DNA from: Leucoraja erinacea
Lineage: Eukaryota
Length of the DNA: 64,000 bases
Reading direction: 5' to 3'
NCBI RefSeq assembly: GCF_028641065.1
Contig: NC_073408.1
Location: 9,052,001 to 9,116,000 of the forward strand
Made by a program: the position numbers and the translations under genes. Below are positions 26,401 through 36,451 of this stretch, in pieces (positions within the stretch are counted from its first letter, which is position 1; each line of letters starts with the position of its first letter). The notes beneath the pieces are model-generated. The model saw only the letters and a list, made by a program, of their open reading frames with translations, searched no databases and was not told the DNA's origin.

Positions 26401-26640
26401 GGTGTTCTGGGTGGTCCCAGCTGCAGTCTCCAGCTGTGCCCGCTGCGGCCGCGACCCAGGCACCTGAGACGGCAGAGGCTTCATCTTGCGGAGATGGCGG
26501 AGGTCACTCCTCTCCTCGAACCAGCGATCAAGCAGCGTCCTCTCGCTGTAGCGGCGCCCCCCGCCCTCCCAGTTATCGTTCTGTGGGCCGGCGCCCCCCC
26601 CGAGTCCGGGGCAAAAGTCCTGCGTTGCCCACGCTGCCAT
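23044..26640 (-). CDS. CFAP68: Cilia- and flagella-associated protein 68 (C11orf1 orthologue); join(complement 26464..26640, 24414..24477, 23044..23462), about 219 aa
   Basis: YSERTLLDRWFEERSDLRHLRKMKPLPSQ | YEHAYRTIYQDSY... | DFKREYHAYPGHQPELDPP...KTTYM match the recalled C11orf1 motifs (YSNRTLMGNWNQERYDL...PKPLPSQ; FKREPHWFPGHQPELDPP...KSTYM). Syntenic position between CRYAB and FDXACB1. Start uncertain: 26640 has good Kozak context, and there is an upstream in-frame ATG at 26727. Confidence 0.88.
24414..24477 (-). CDS. CFAP68: CFAP68 middle exon (64 nt)
   Basis: ttctcttctAG|TAT GAA CAT ... CGG CGA G|GTAAGT; phases fit the flanking exons. Confidence 0.85.
24631..24915 (-). mobile_element. 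V-SINE (HE1-like) in a CFAP68 intron
   Basis: Same family as 4140-4430. Confidence 0.8.
26464..26640 (-). CDS. CFAP68: CFAP68 first coding exon, within a CpG island
   Basis: ...AAG CCT CTG CCG TCT CAG|GTGCCT; ATG in gcaggcATGG. Confidence 0.8.
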
Positions 26641-26706
26641 GCCTGCGGCCCGACTGACCAGACCCAGACCCAGTGCCGGGCCGGGCCGGGCCGGGCCGGG
26701 CTCCCC

Positions 26707-26720
26707 GCTGCCCGGGCAAC
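26707..26720. promoter_or_regulatory. RFX X-box-like motif upstream of the CFAP68 ATG
   Basis: GCTGCCCGGGCAAC compared with consensus GTTGCCATGGCAAC; one perfect GGCAAC half-site; fits a motile-cilia gene. Confidence 0.55.
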
Positions 26721-27879
26721 GCTGCATCACAAAGCGGCCAGCGACTGACCCCGCCGTGGGAGCTCCGGGAACCCAGTGAAACGCTCGCCTGTCGCCGGCT
26801 CACTCACCCCGGAGTCGCACCACCAGCTGTCGGCACGGGCTGGACGGACCGAATGCCTGCGGCGCTTTGACAGAATTGTATAAAGTCAGCGCCATCCCGA
26901 CCTGGCTGCTCTTCTTGCTGAGTCCTGTGTACACGATGCATACTGTGGCATCGCACCTTGTACTCCCGCCCATAGAGAGTCATACAGCATGGAAACAGGC
27001 CCTTCGGCCCAACCTGCCCATGCCGACCACGATGCCCCATCTGCACTAGTCCCATTTGCCTGCGTGTGGCCCACATCCCTCCAAACCTTTCCCATGCATG
27101 TACCGTGTACCTGTCCAAACATCTTTTAAATGCTGTTAATGTACCTGCCTCAGCGATCTCCTCTGGCAGCTGGTTCCATACACCCTCCTCTGTGCGGTCC
27201 TTAACGTGAAGCCCAGGGCAGGCGTAGTATCTGGCCCCTGGTGCTCTGGGGAGGCGATGTTTTTCAATCCGAGCTACATCTCGTTTGTTTGAAAATATTC
27301 ACAGGGTTACAGATTGATATTACAATTTTAATAATTAAGATACAATTATCAGATGACGTTAACCCTGCCAACATCCCCGCACTGAGGGCCTGGGCTATTG
27401 TGGGCAGACTGGTGTGTTTGTGTACATTATACTGTAGCTTTGCCATCTAAACCAGCACTTGTAGTTCCTTGTTTCTACCCCAAGTACATTTGATCTGCAT
27501 GCAAAACAAAGCTTTTCACTGTACCTCGGTACACGAGTAAATAATAAACCTAGCCCTGGACGCTGAGGGCTGAAGGGGCTGTTCAGACTGTGCGGTCCCA
27601 TGTTCTGCATTCCTTTACACTTTGAGATTTGGGGCGACTTCCTCACTCCCCGTTGCCGCTTCCTTCCCTGCTGCTTCCTCACACCAAAGGTCCTCGCTCC
27701 ACAGTTTGCTCCCCTCATCCTCCGCCGCTCCTTTCCCTTTTCTCCTCACCTTCCATCATTTGCCCTTAGTTCGCCGTCCTTGCCCCGTCCCTCTGCAACC
27801 CTTTTCCTCTTGCTCCTTGTCGCACCCTTGCTCTTGTCCGCTTTCTCCCCTTTGCCCCTCTCCACCCCGACTCCTGCCC

Positions 27880-28200
27880 CATCGCTCACCGCTCGCATCC
27901 GTGGATCCGGTCGGGCGCTAGGACCCAGGAGCGGCGGCATCAGAGTCTTCGTCCGGCGCTAGGACCCGGGGAGCGGCCGCGGCTGGGCAGGAGCAGACGG
28001 GCGCTAGGACCCGGGGCAGCCGCGGCTGGGCAGGAGCAGACGGGCGCTAGGACCCGGGAGCGGCGGCTGTGAGCACCGGCGGAGGCTGAGCGCGAGGCCG
28101 AGGCTCCGCGGGGAAGCTAGGCCTCGACACCGGGCCGTGGCCGCAGCAGCACGGACATGATGCACCGAACGGTCTGACCCTGCGCCCCGGAGGGAGGTGG
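27880..28200 (+). promoter_or_regulatory. CpG island, probable FDXACB1 promoter / non-coding exon 1, with a ~43-bp GC-rich tandem repeat
   Basis: High CpG density; repeated gggcgctaggacccgggg...gcaggagcagac; candidate donor GTGAGC near 28069. The first coding exon has an acceptor at 29513, so an upstream exon is implied. Confidence 0.55.
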
Positions 28201-29519
28201 GTCACAGAACACAGACAACGGCCCTTCGGCCCAACGTGCCCATGCTGACCAGAATGCCCCATCTACACCAGTGCCACTTGGTCCTGTCCTATCCATGCAC
28301 TTGTCCAGATGTCCTTCAATTGTTATTATAGTCCCAGCCTCAACTACATCCTCTGGCGGCTTGTTCCAGGCACCCACCACCCTCTGTGTGCCTATATAGA
28401 GGCAGCAATTAAATGGACCATTGGGCAGACTGCATTTGGAGCACTTTGTACATTTGGTTTAGTTTATTTATCATCACGCGTACAGTGATCCAGTGAAAAG
28501 CTTATTCTGCATGTTACCCAGTCACATTATACAACACATGAGGGCAATAGACCGACCCTCTTGTGGAACAGCAAGCAGAGAGTCTCCACGCTCCTGCTGC
28601 ACCTTGCAACTTCCAAGTCTCTGGAAAGTTCAATCTTGGGATTCAGGGAGAGCTAGCCACCTGGACAGCCAGTTGTGGGGTAAATCCTTCCCTCTGATGG
28701 AGGGATGAGGCAAACGAGAATGTTTGAAATTCTCAACCATGTAGGGTCATTGAATTCATTCAAAGCAAGAATTGGTAGATTTCTGCGTATTAGTCGAGGG
28801 TTAAGGCAGGGAAATGACAATGAAGGAGGACATCAGCCAAGATCTTGATGAATGGTGGCATGCATGGAATTGAAGGGCCAAATGGTCTGCTCTCCCTTTG
28901 CGTATTTTGTTTTTGTGCCTTTATTCCAGCACTGTGGCCCTGGGAATATTAGAGGCTGAGTGAGCAAATTCCAGTGGCAGGATCAAAGAGCATGACTGGT
29001 GGCAAACTCTAATTGTGGCAGCCATTGGGAATATTGGAGGACCCGGTTGAGAATGGAGGGGGACCCCGTTGGGCGGGAGGGGGTTGGGAGCCAGTAGATA
29101 GGACTGTTTAGTGAACATTTTTAACCCTGTCGTCGCCAATATGTGGCGACACCTGTGTACACTCTAGGTGAACACACAATACTGTCTCGGTGAGGTCTGC
29201 ATGATTTTAGCGGGTTGTAAGCAAAATAAAGCATTTCACTGTACCTAGGAACATGTGATAATATAGTATAATTCAATCATTGAATGAAGTGGTCAGAGTT
29301 GGATGAAGGTATGAGCTTGGAAATTGGTTTGTCCGAAGGAAGTTCCAGAAGAAACCAATGAGACAACGAGGGAATTTGAAAACAAAAGATCAAGGAAATA
29401 TATTAATATTGATGTTTGCATTGTGGAGAGCCAATGTTGAGTGATGTGATGGGTTGAGAGCACGTGGTTTGTCTTTGTGCGATGGGATTTGAGCAGTTTG
29501 CCTCTGTTTTCAGACTGAA

Positions 29520-29700
29520 ATGTCAATGAAACCGGGAGACTGTGTGCTGCTCATGGGAGAGGGAAACTTCTCCTTCTCGGCCTCCCTGTGTGATCGCGTG
29601 TCCCGAGATATCCATGTCGTGGCCACCTGCCATGAAAGTGAAGAAACAATAACCAAGCACGAACATGCTGCCAATAATATCAACTGCCTGTTGGAGAAAG
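29520..29700 (+). CDS. FDXACB1: FDXACB1 coding exon 1
   Basis: Acceptor at 29513, ATG at 29520 (or 29526), donor AAA G|GTGAGG. Confidence 0.92.
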
Positions 29701-32700
29701 GTGAGGGATTTGCGTTCACAACACAACCTCATATTCCACTTGGGTAGTCCACAACTCAACGGCATCAATATTAAAATTCTCTGATTTCTGGGAACTTGCT
29801 CACAAACTGCTCCCTTCTCCTCCATTTAACCTCTCATGTACACCCTTCTTTATAACCCATGCCCCCAGCTCATCATCACCAGTGTCCTTCTCCTCTTCCC
29901 CTCCATCACCCACACACCCCTCCCACTGTGCCCTTCCCCCTTAGTTTCCCATTGCCCTCAACTCTGAACTTTCAAACATTTATCCATTTTCACAAATGTA
30001 TCGAATGATCCGATTCCACCACCCTTGGAAGTAGAGAATTCCACCTTCTAAGATGAGGAATTGCTACCTATCCCAGTTATGTATTTTTTGCGAAGGCTCC
30101 ACTCCTTCAACGGCTGCAGTAAGATGCTGCAGATTTTCTCCCAATCGGTGGCAGCCAGTGCCATCTTCTTCGCTGCCGTGTGCTGGGGCAAACGACGCAG
30201 ACGGCAACAGGATTAACAAGCTCATCAGGAAGGCTGGCTCTGTCGTGGGGGCGGAGTTAGATTCATTAGAGGTGGTCTTGGAGGCGAGGATGCTCCTCAA
30301 ACTGCAGAGCATCTTGGACAATACAGCTCGCCCCCTCCATGACACACTGGTCAACCTGAGGAGTACCTTCAGCAACAGACTGATTCCACCAAGATGCAGC
30401 ACAGAACACCTCAGTAGTTCCTTCTTCCCTGTGGCTATCAAACTGTACAACTCCTCACCCTGTCTGTCATGGGGTAGACTCCCCACCCCCAATCTTTGCT
30501 CATCCCCAATCGTTTCCACTCGTCACTTTAATTTCATGTTTCATGTATTTTGTGTTTTATGACTGTTGGCAGATCAATTCTCCTCCTGGGATAAATAAAG
30601 TTCTATCGTATCGTATTGACTGGTCCCCTGTTTATTGGACCAAGTTCAATACTATAAATCATAATTTCACATGCTCAGGAGATGAATTTTGCTCGTGCAA
30701 TGTCCTTTGTAACCCCTTCTCCAGGAGCAGAGGCCCACTTTCTCGTGGACTGTACCAACATCCAGGAATGTCCGTCTTTAAGAAGCAGGCTTTTCGACAG
30801 AGTTATCTTCAATTTCCCACACTGTGGCAGGAAGGCTGGAGTGAAAAAAAATAGAGAGCTATTGGCAAAATTTTTCAGGAGGTAGGTCTGAATGTTCCGC
30901 AGGGGGACGGGATTCTCTGCTAGGTCCCATGTTTGCGGGTGAATTTCCAGTTTGGCATAGGGCGGTGTAATATGATATTGTTTCCATTGTGTAGTTTTAC
31001 TTGATGACCTCATTGCATGTTCTGTATTTGTGGGCCATTAGATTTTCCTACAACTGAGAAGTATTTGGGCAAAGCGAGGTACTAGAATGTGGGAGGTGGA
31101 GATATTAGGACCTACATTGATATGGCGGCTTTCATATATCTTTCCGGACTTCCTAATGCACTTCAGCTAATGAGATACTGTTGCTGTTACTGCTGTGACT
31201 GGAGCAAACAAACCTGTCACTATGCCCTAAGCATGCTCCCTGGCACAGTCTTGCAATAATGACCATGTTATCTGTTTCAGTTTGATTAGGGGATAAATAT
31301 TAATCAAGAAATCTGGGCGATCTGCACTGCACTCCTTGAAAACAAAATATTCACAGCAGGTGCTGCTGCTACAGCAACGCTCCTAGATTTAGGATGATGG
31401 TTTTAGTTTAGCTTAGAAACAGGTCCTTCGGCCCACTGAGTCCGTACCAACTAGTGATCCCCATACACTAGCACTATCCTATGCATGAGGGTCAATTTTA
31501 CAATTTTACCAATTCCAGTTAACATACAAACATGTATGTCTTTAGAATGTGGGAGCAAACCTGAGCACCCAGAGAAAACCTACGTAGTCACGGGGGGAAC
31601 GTACAAATTCCGTACAGACAGCACCCGTAGTCAGAACGTACTCCAACGTCTGGGTGTCTGGCGCTGTAAGGCAGCAACTCTACCACTGCCACTGCCACCC
31701 TTAAGGTTACATCATGGGAATGTTCTGAGAGTCAGCATTGACTCATTGGGCCGAATGGCCTCTTAACGTACAGAGAAAACGTCTGAGAGCAGAGATGATG
31801 AAAGTAAAGACTGCCAATGCTGGACTAATGAAATAATACAGAAAATGTTATAAACACCTAGCAGGTCAGGCAGCACCTGTAGAATTTACTTATAAAGGTC
31901 ATCTAATTGTATAAAGTGAACACTTGCAGTCCTTTTCCCAAGGTAGAGGAATCTAAAACTAGAGAGCACAGGTTTAAGTGAGACAGGAGAGATTTAAGAG
32001 GAACCTCAGGGGCTACCTTTTTCACTCAGGGTAGTCCTTATCTGGGATGAGCTGCCAGAGGAAGCTGTGGAAACAGATACTAATAAGACATTAAAATATA
32101 TTTAGGCAGATATATGAATAGGGAGGGTTTAGAGGGAAAAGAGTCAAATTGGATTACCACAGAGTGGCAACAAGACAGGCCAAAGGGCCTGTTCGCGTGC
32201 TATACAGCTGAATTGAATGTTACTGAGTGAACCGACAGCACTAACAAAGACTGTTCTTTTCCAGCTGTGCAGAGGTGGTAACTGCGACAGGTGACGTGCA
32301 GGTTACCCTGTGTCGGGGGCAGGGGGGGACTGGTGCTGACCAGCCCACACGCTGCTGGCACGACAGCTGGCAAATCGTTGCCCAGGCCGCAGGAGCAGGG
32401 TTCATCCTGAGTGAAGTAAACGCATTTGACGCCACCTGTCACGGTGGCTACACCAGCACGGGTTACAGGTATGTAACTGGTGGACAAGACATATACACCC
32501 TTGTGTGTTGACCTCTGCAGTGAAGAGTAGGAACAAGGAAATGCAAAAGCAGAATACTGTGGCTGCGGGAAATGTGATCAGTAACTGAAACATTGCCTCT
32601 GATTCTCCCTCTGCAGATAGCTTGCAGTATTCTGTTTCATTTCCCTGAGGAATGCCAGCCATGGCATTATTGATCTATTGGCAATATTAGCACAATGAAA

Positions 32701-35700
32701 TATTGACCCCTGGTTAAATCAGAGATGTCGGGGTGGAAGATTGCAACCTTCACGTGGTCCGCCCTGTTTCGACCCGGCGTGCACAATCAAATAAGATCAA
32801 ATAGAACAATTTGTCCTACAACTGTAGCTGTGCACGCCATGCGCAAGAAGAAGAGATCAGAGATGTTAACCCACTTATTTGAAACCTCCAATCATAACTC
32901 CTCCATGCTGCTGCTCAGCTCTCAGGGTATATCGTTCTGTGGAAACTGCTGGCAGAATGTAACGGGTGCTTCCATTAACCCCAGTTACATCCAGAAATAC
33001 TTTGTAGCCAAACACCTATTGATGCAATGCAATAAAGTCTTATTAGTCATAGTCACACAGCATGACAATAGGTCCTTCAGCCCAGCTCGATCATGCCATC
33101 TACAATTTGCCCATGTTAGTCCCATATCGTCTGAACATTTCCTATACAAGTACCTATCCAAAAGTGACTGTTAAATGTTGTCCTTGTACCTGCCTCCTCT
33201 GGCAACTCGTTCCATGTACCCATGAATGAAAACATTGCCCCTCGCGATCTTTTCCCTCTCACCTTAAGCCTCCGGTTCTTGATTCTCTTTCTCTTAGTAC
33301 AATGGACTGTTCATTCACACTATCTATTCTCCCCATGATTTTATACATGTCCATAAGATCATCCCTCAGCCTTTACACTTCAAGGAATAAAAATATAAGC
33401 AAAGAAGCTATTCTGGACATGGGGAAGTCCCAACACATGGCTATGAAATGAATAGTGAGTTTTTTTGGTTACTGAAATTTAAAATTAAAACGAAGTGGTT
33501 TGTGTTTTTACGCTGCTTTGTGGTGGATGCTAACATGGGCTTGTATGTTCCTTGTACACACCCCACTGCCTGGCATTAACATTGATGAAGTTGAATTTGA
33601 ACTGAAAAATCACACATACCTTAGAGCAGATTTTAAAGATGCTTTTATTATAAAACGTGTAAACACTTAAATATAAAATGTGTAAAACTGCAGCTTTGAT
33701 TTTTCTTCCTTCAGGAGCCAAGATAAGTCCTTCCGTGTGGATGGAGCGTTGACCCATGTCTTCACAAGAAGTTTGCCAATTGATAAGATGAAGCCGTTTA
33801 CAATGGAAACTATGATTGGGAATGAACACTGTTCCTTCCGTATCCCTGAAGAACTTGCTGATAAAATAAACAGGTTGAGTTTGGTAGCACATTATATTAA
33901 ACGCTGACCCAGATCTTGCTTTTCTGCCAGCCACTCTGTGGCGAATGCCATTTAAATGCTGGAAGATTTAGTTGGGCAGCTGAGACAGGATACAAGGTCA
34001 ACAGGCTCAGTCATTGTCAGGGACATGGATAGCAACTGGATACTGTGAGCAAATTTGGGCCCCATATCTGAGGAAGGATGTGCTGGCTATGGAGAGGATC
34101 CAGAGGAGGCTTACAAGAATGATTCCAGGAATGAGTGATGAGCGTTAGCATATTTTGAGCGTTTGACATCATTGGGCCTCTGCTGGCGGGAATTTAGAAG
34201 GTTGAGGGGGGAACTCATTGAAACTTACAGAATAATGAAAGGCATAGATAGAGTGGATGTGGAAATGATGTTTCCACTGTTGGGAAAGTCTAGGACCAGA
34301 GGTCACAACCTCAGAATTAAAGGGTGCTCTTTTAGAAAGAAGATGCTGAGGAACTTCTTTAGTCAGAGGGTAGTTAATCTGCGGATCTCATTGCCATAGA
34401 AGGCTGTGGAGGCCGTCAGTGGATATTTTTAAGTCAGAGATAGACAAATTCTTGATGAGAACGGGCGTCAAGGGTTGTGGGGAGCAGGCAGGAAAATGGG
34501 ATTAGGAGGCAGAGATCAGCCATGATTGAATGGCAGTGGAGACTCTATGGGCCAAATGGCCTAATTCTACTTCAATAGCGTGAACTTGTGAGCACTCTGT
34601 GTGCATGTTGTATATAGATATATAAACGTTGTGCTGGATTGAGATTGTCAGGCCCGTGTTCCTGAGACACCCCAGCAGTAGAGCATCCATGTACTGGCGT
34701 TTGACTCCTTGGAACGCAGAAAGCTAAGAAGTGACCCTACAGAGGTGTATAAAATCATGAGGAGAATTGAAACACTTCTCACAATTGCAATTGAATGCAC
34801 AATGTTTTACCCAGGGTAGGGGGGAGCGAACCAGAGGACATAGGTTTAAAGCAAAAGGGGAACAAATTAATAGGAACCTGAAGGACAATTTTTTCACCCA
34901 GATGGTGGTAGGAGTATGGAATGAACTGCACGAGGAGGTAGTTGAAACAGGCATTCGGAAAGGACATAGATAGAAAAAGTTTAGTAGGATATGGACCCAA
35001 TGAGGGCAATTGGGACTAGCTTAGATTGGACATCTTGGTCAGCATGGACAAGTTGGTCTAAAGGTCGAGAAGACTCTGGAAGCCCACATACGGTTATGTT
35101 GGCAATTAGTTTTGGCCATGGAACCCTCTTCACACTACATCTCTATCATTGCCCACTCTTGTTTAAGAATCTCTTCATGTAAAGAAATTTTGACTTATTT
35201 CAACAACTCTAATATATTTTTCACCTTGGCAGGAATTTTCTTCAGGAAGGTTCCAATCACCCAGTGAACGTCATTAAGGATCTGTTGAAAAAGAGGATTG
35301 CAGCCAATGTAGCTGTTCAGGAACTGGAGGACCAGTTTCCTCTGCTATTAGAATATCGTCCTGGAGACCCCCGCATGGACTCTGAGGTTCGTCAGCCTGA
35401 GCTTTATTTTGTTACCCGCTCAAACTGTGGGGCGGATCAGTGCAGATGCAGTGATGGTCAATGTTTTAGCAGACCCCCTTGCTGTGAATGTTCAGAACCC
35501 ATGTCGAATCTGAGCCAAGGAGACAAAAACGTGGACTGCAAACTGCTAAACTGGGCTGAGGATCCCGACTTGAGCAAGGTTTGCTGCAGGTACTGTTTCC
35601 GCCCCAGTCTGACGGGATACCTAGACAAAGTGCTGCAAAGACCAGACTTCAGAGCTGGAGTCATCTATACACTCAGCGGCACTGTTTTCAGGAAACGCCC

Positions 35701-36451
35701 GATTACTCCACAAACCATGCCTGCATTCCACGAGATGGTGCTGGTTGGTGCTTTTAATGACAAACGACAGCCAGATTTCCCCCAACTATTTATGAGCTCT
35801 GTGGAGAATGCCATCACGTTCCTGGTGAAGTCAACCTTGAGAAGCAGCAGCAGTTCAGAAATCTCCCAGATGGATCAGAACTTGCATCCAACTGTCCTGA
35901 TGGAGCAGAGCAGTGGAAAATGCTGGAATATTTATGTTAAGGACATGGTTCCGCCAGACTTTATAAACAATGCTGTTGGAAAGTTGGATCTCTTTCCTTG
36001 TCAGCAGATGGGTGGTGAGTTGAGTGTCTGTGTTGCTTCAATAAACCTTGACCTGCTGTCCATGGTGCTCTACCACATACCTGACTGGAGGCTGCTCTGG
36101 ACATTCGACGAGCGCTTTCTAAACCAGCTGGGCGGGTCAGAAATGAAACCTTTCCGTGATTTCTCGCTCTACCCGCCCGTTTACACGCACGATCTCAGTT
36201 TCTGGGCGGGCAGCGACGAGAGGCCAGACGAGCTGGAGGTCCACGCTGTTGTGAGGCGGGTCAGCAGAGAGACGGTCAGACGGATGACACTGATCGACAG
36301 TTTCTGTCAACCTCACACTGAGCGGAGAAGCCGCTGTTACAGGTTGACGTACCAGTCGTGTGACCGAGCCCTCTCGTACGGACAAGCGCTGCAAATGCAG
36401 CTGGATCTCCGCGAGGAACTGCAGAAAGCGTTCCAAATAACTCTCCGATAA
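29520..36451 (+). CDS. FDXACB1: Ferredoxin-fold anticodon-binding domain-containing protein 1; join(29520..29700,30725..30881,32265..32468,33715..33873,35233..36451), 639 aa
   Basis: VLLMGEGNFSFS (Bmt5/DUF2431-like SAM motif), FNFPHCGRKAGVKKNRELLAKFF, LCRGQGGT, YRSQDKSF, MPAFHE, DWRLLWTFDERFL, and C-terminal FDX-ACB (SLYPPVYTHDLSFW...CYRLTYQSCDRAL). All GT-AG, frame consistent (1920 nt). Confidence 0.96.
30140..30615 (+). mobile_element. Rex1/Babar-like LINE 3' fragment
   Basis: RINKLIRKAGSVVG...LQSILDNTARPLH...RLIPPRCSTEH...SFFPVAIKLYN; tail aataaagttctatcgtatcgtat. Confidence 0.75.
30725..30881 (+). CDS. FDXACB1: FDXACB1 coding exon 2
   Basis: ccAG|GA GCA GAG ... TTC AGG AG|GTAGGT. Confidence 0.93.
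32265..32468 (+). CDS. FDXACB1: FDXACB1 coding exon 3
   Basis: ccAG|C TGT GCA GAG ... GGT TAC AG|GTATGT. Confidence 0.93.
33715..33873 (+). CDS. FDXACB1: FDXACB1 coding exon 4
   Basis: ttcAG|G AGC CAA GAT AAG TCC ... ATA AAC AG|GTTGAG. Confidence 0.92.
34045..34575 (+). mobile_element. CR1-like LINE 3' fragment
   Basis: EFRRLRGELIETYRIMKGIDRVD...TRGHNLRIKG. Confidence 0.85.
35233..36451 (+). CDS. FDXACB1: FDXACB1 last exon
   Basis: ggcAG|G AAT TTT CTT ... ACT CTC CGA TAA; contains the 395-aa ORF of the track. Confidence 0.95.
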
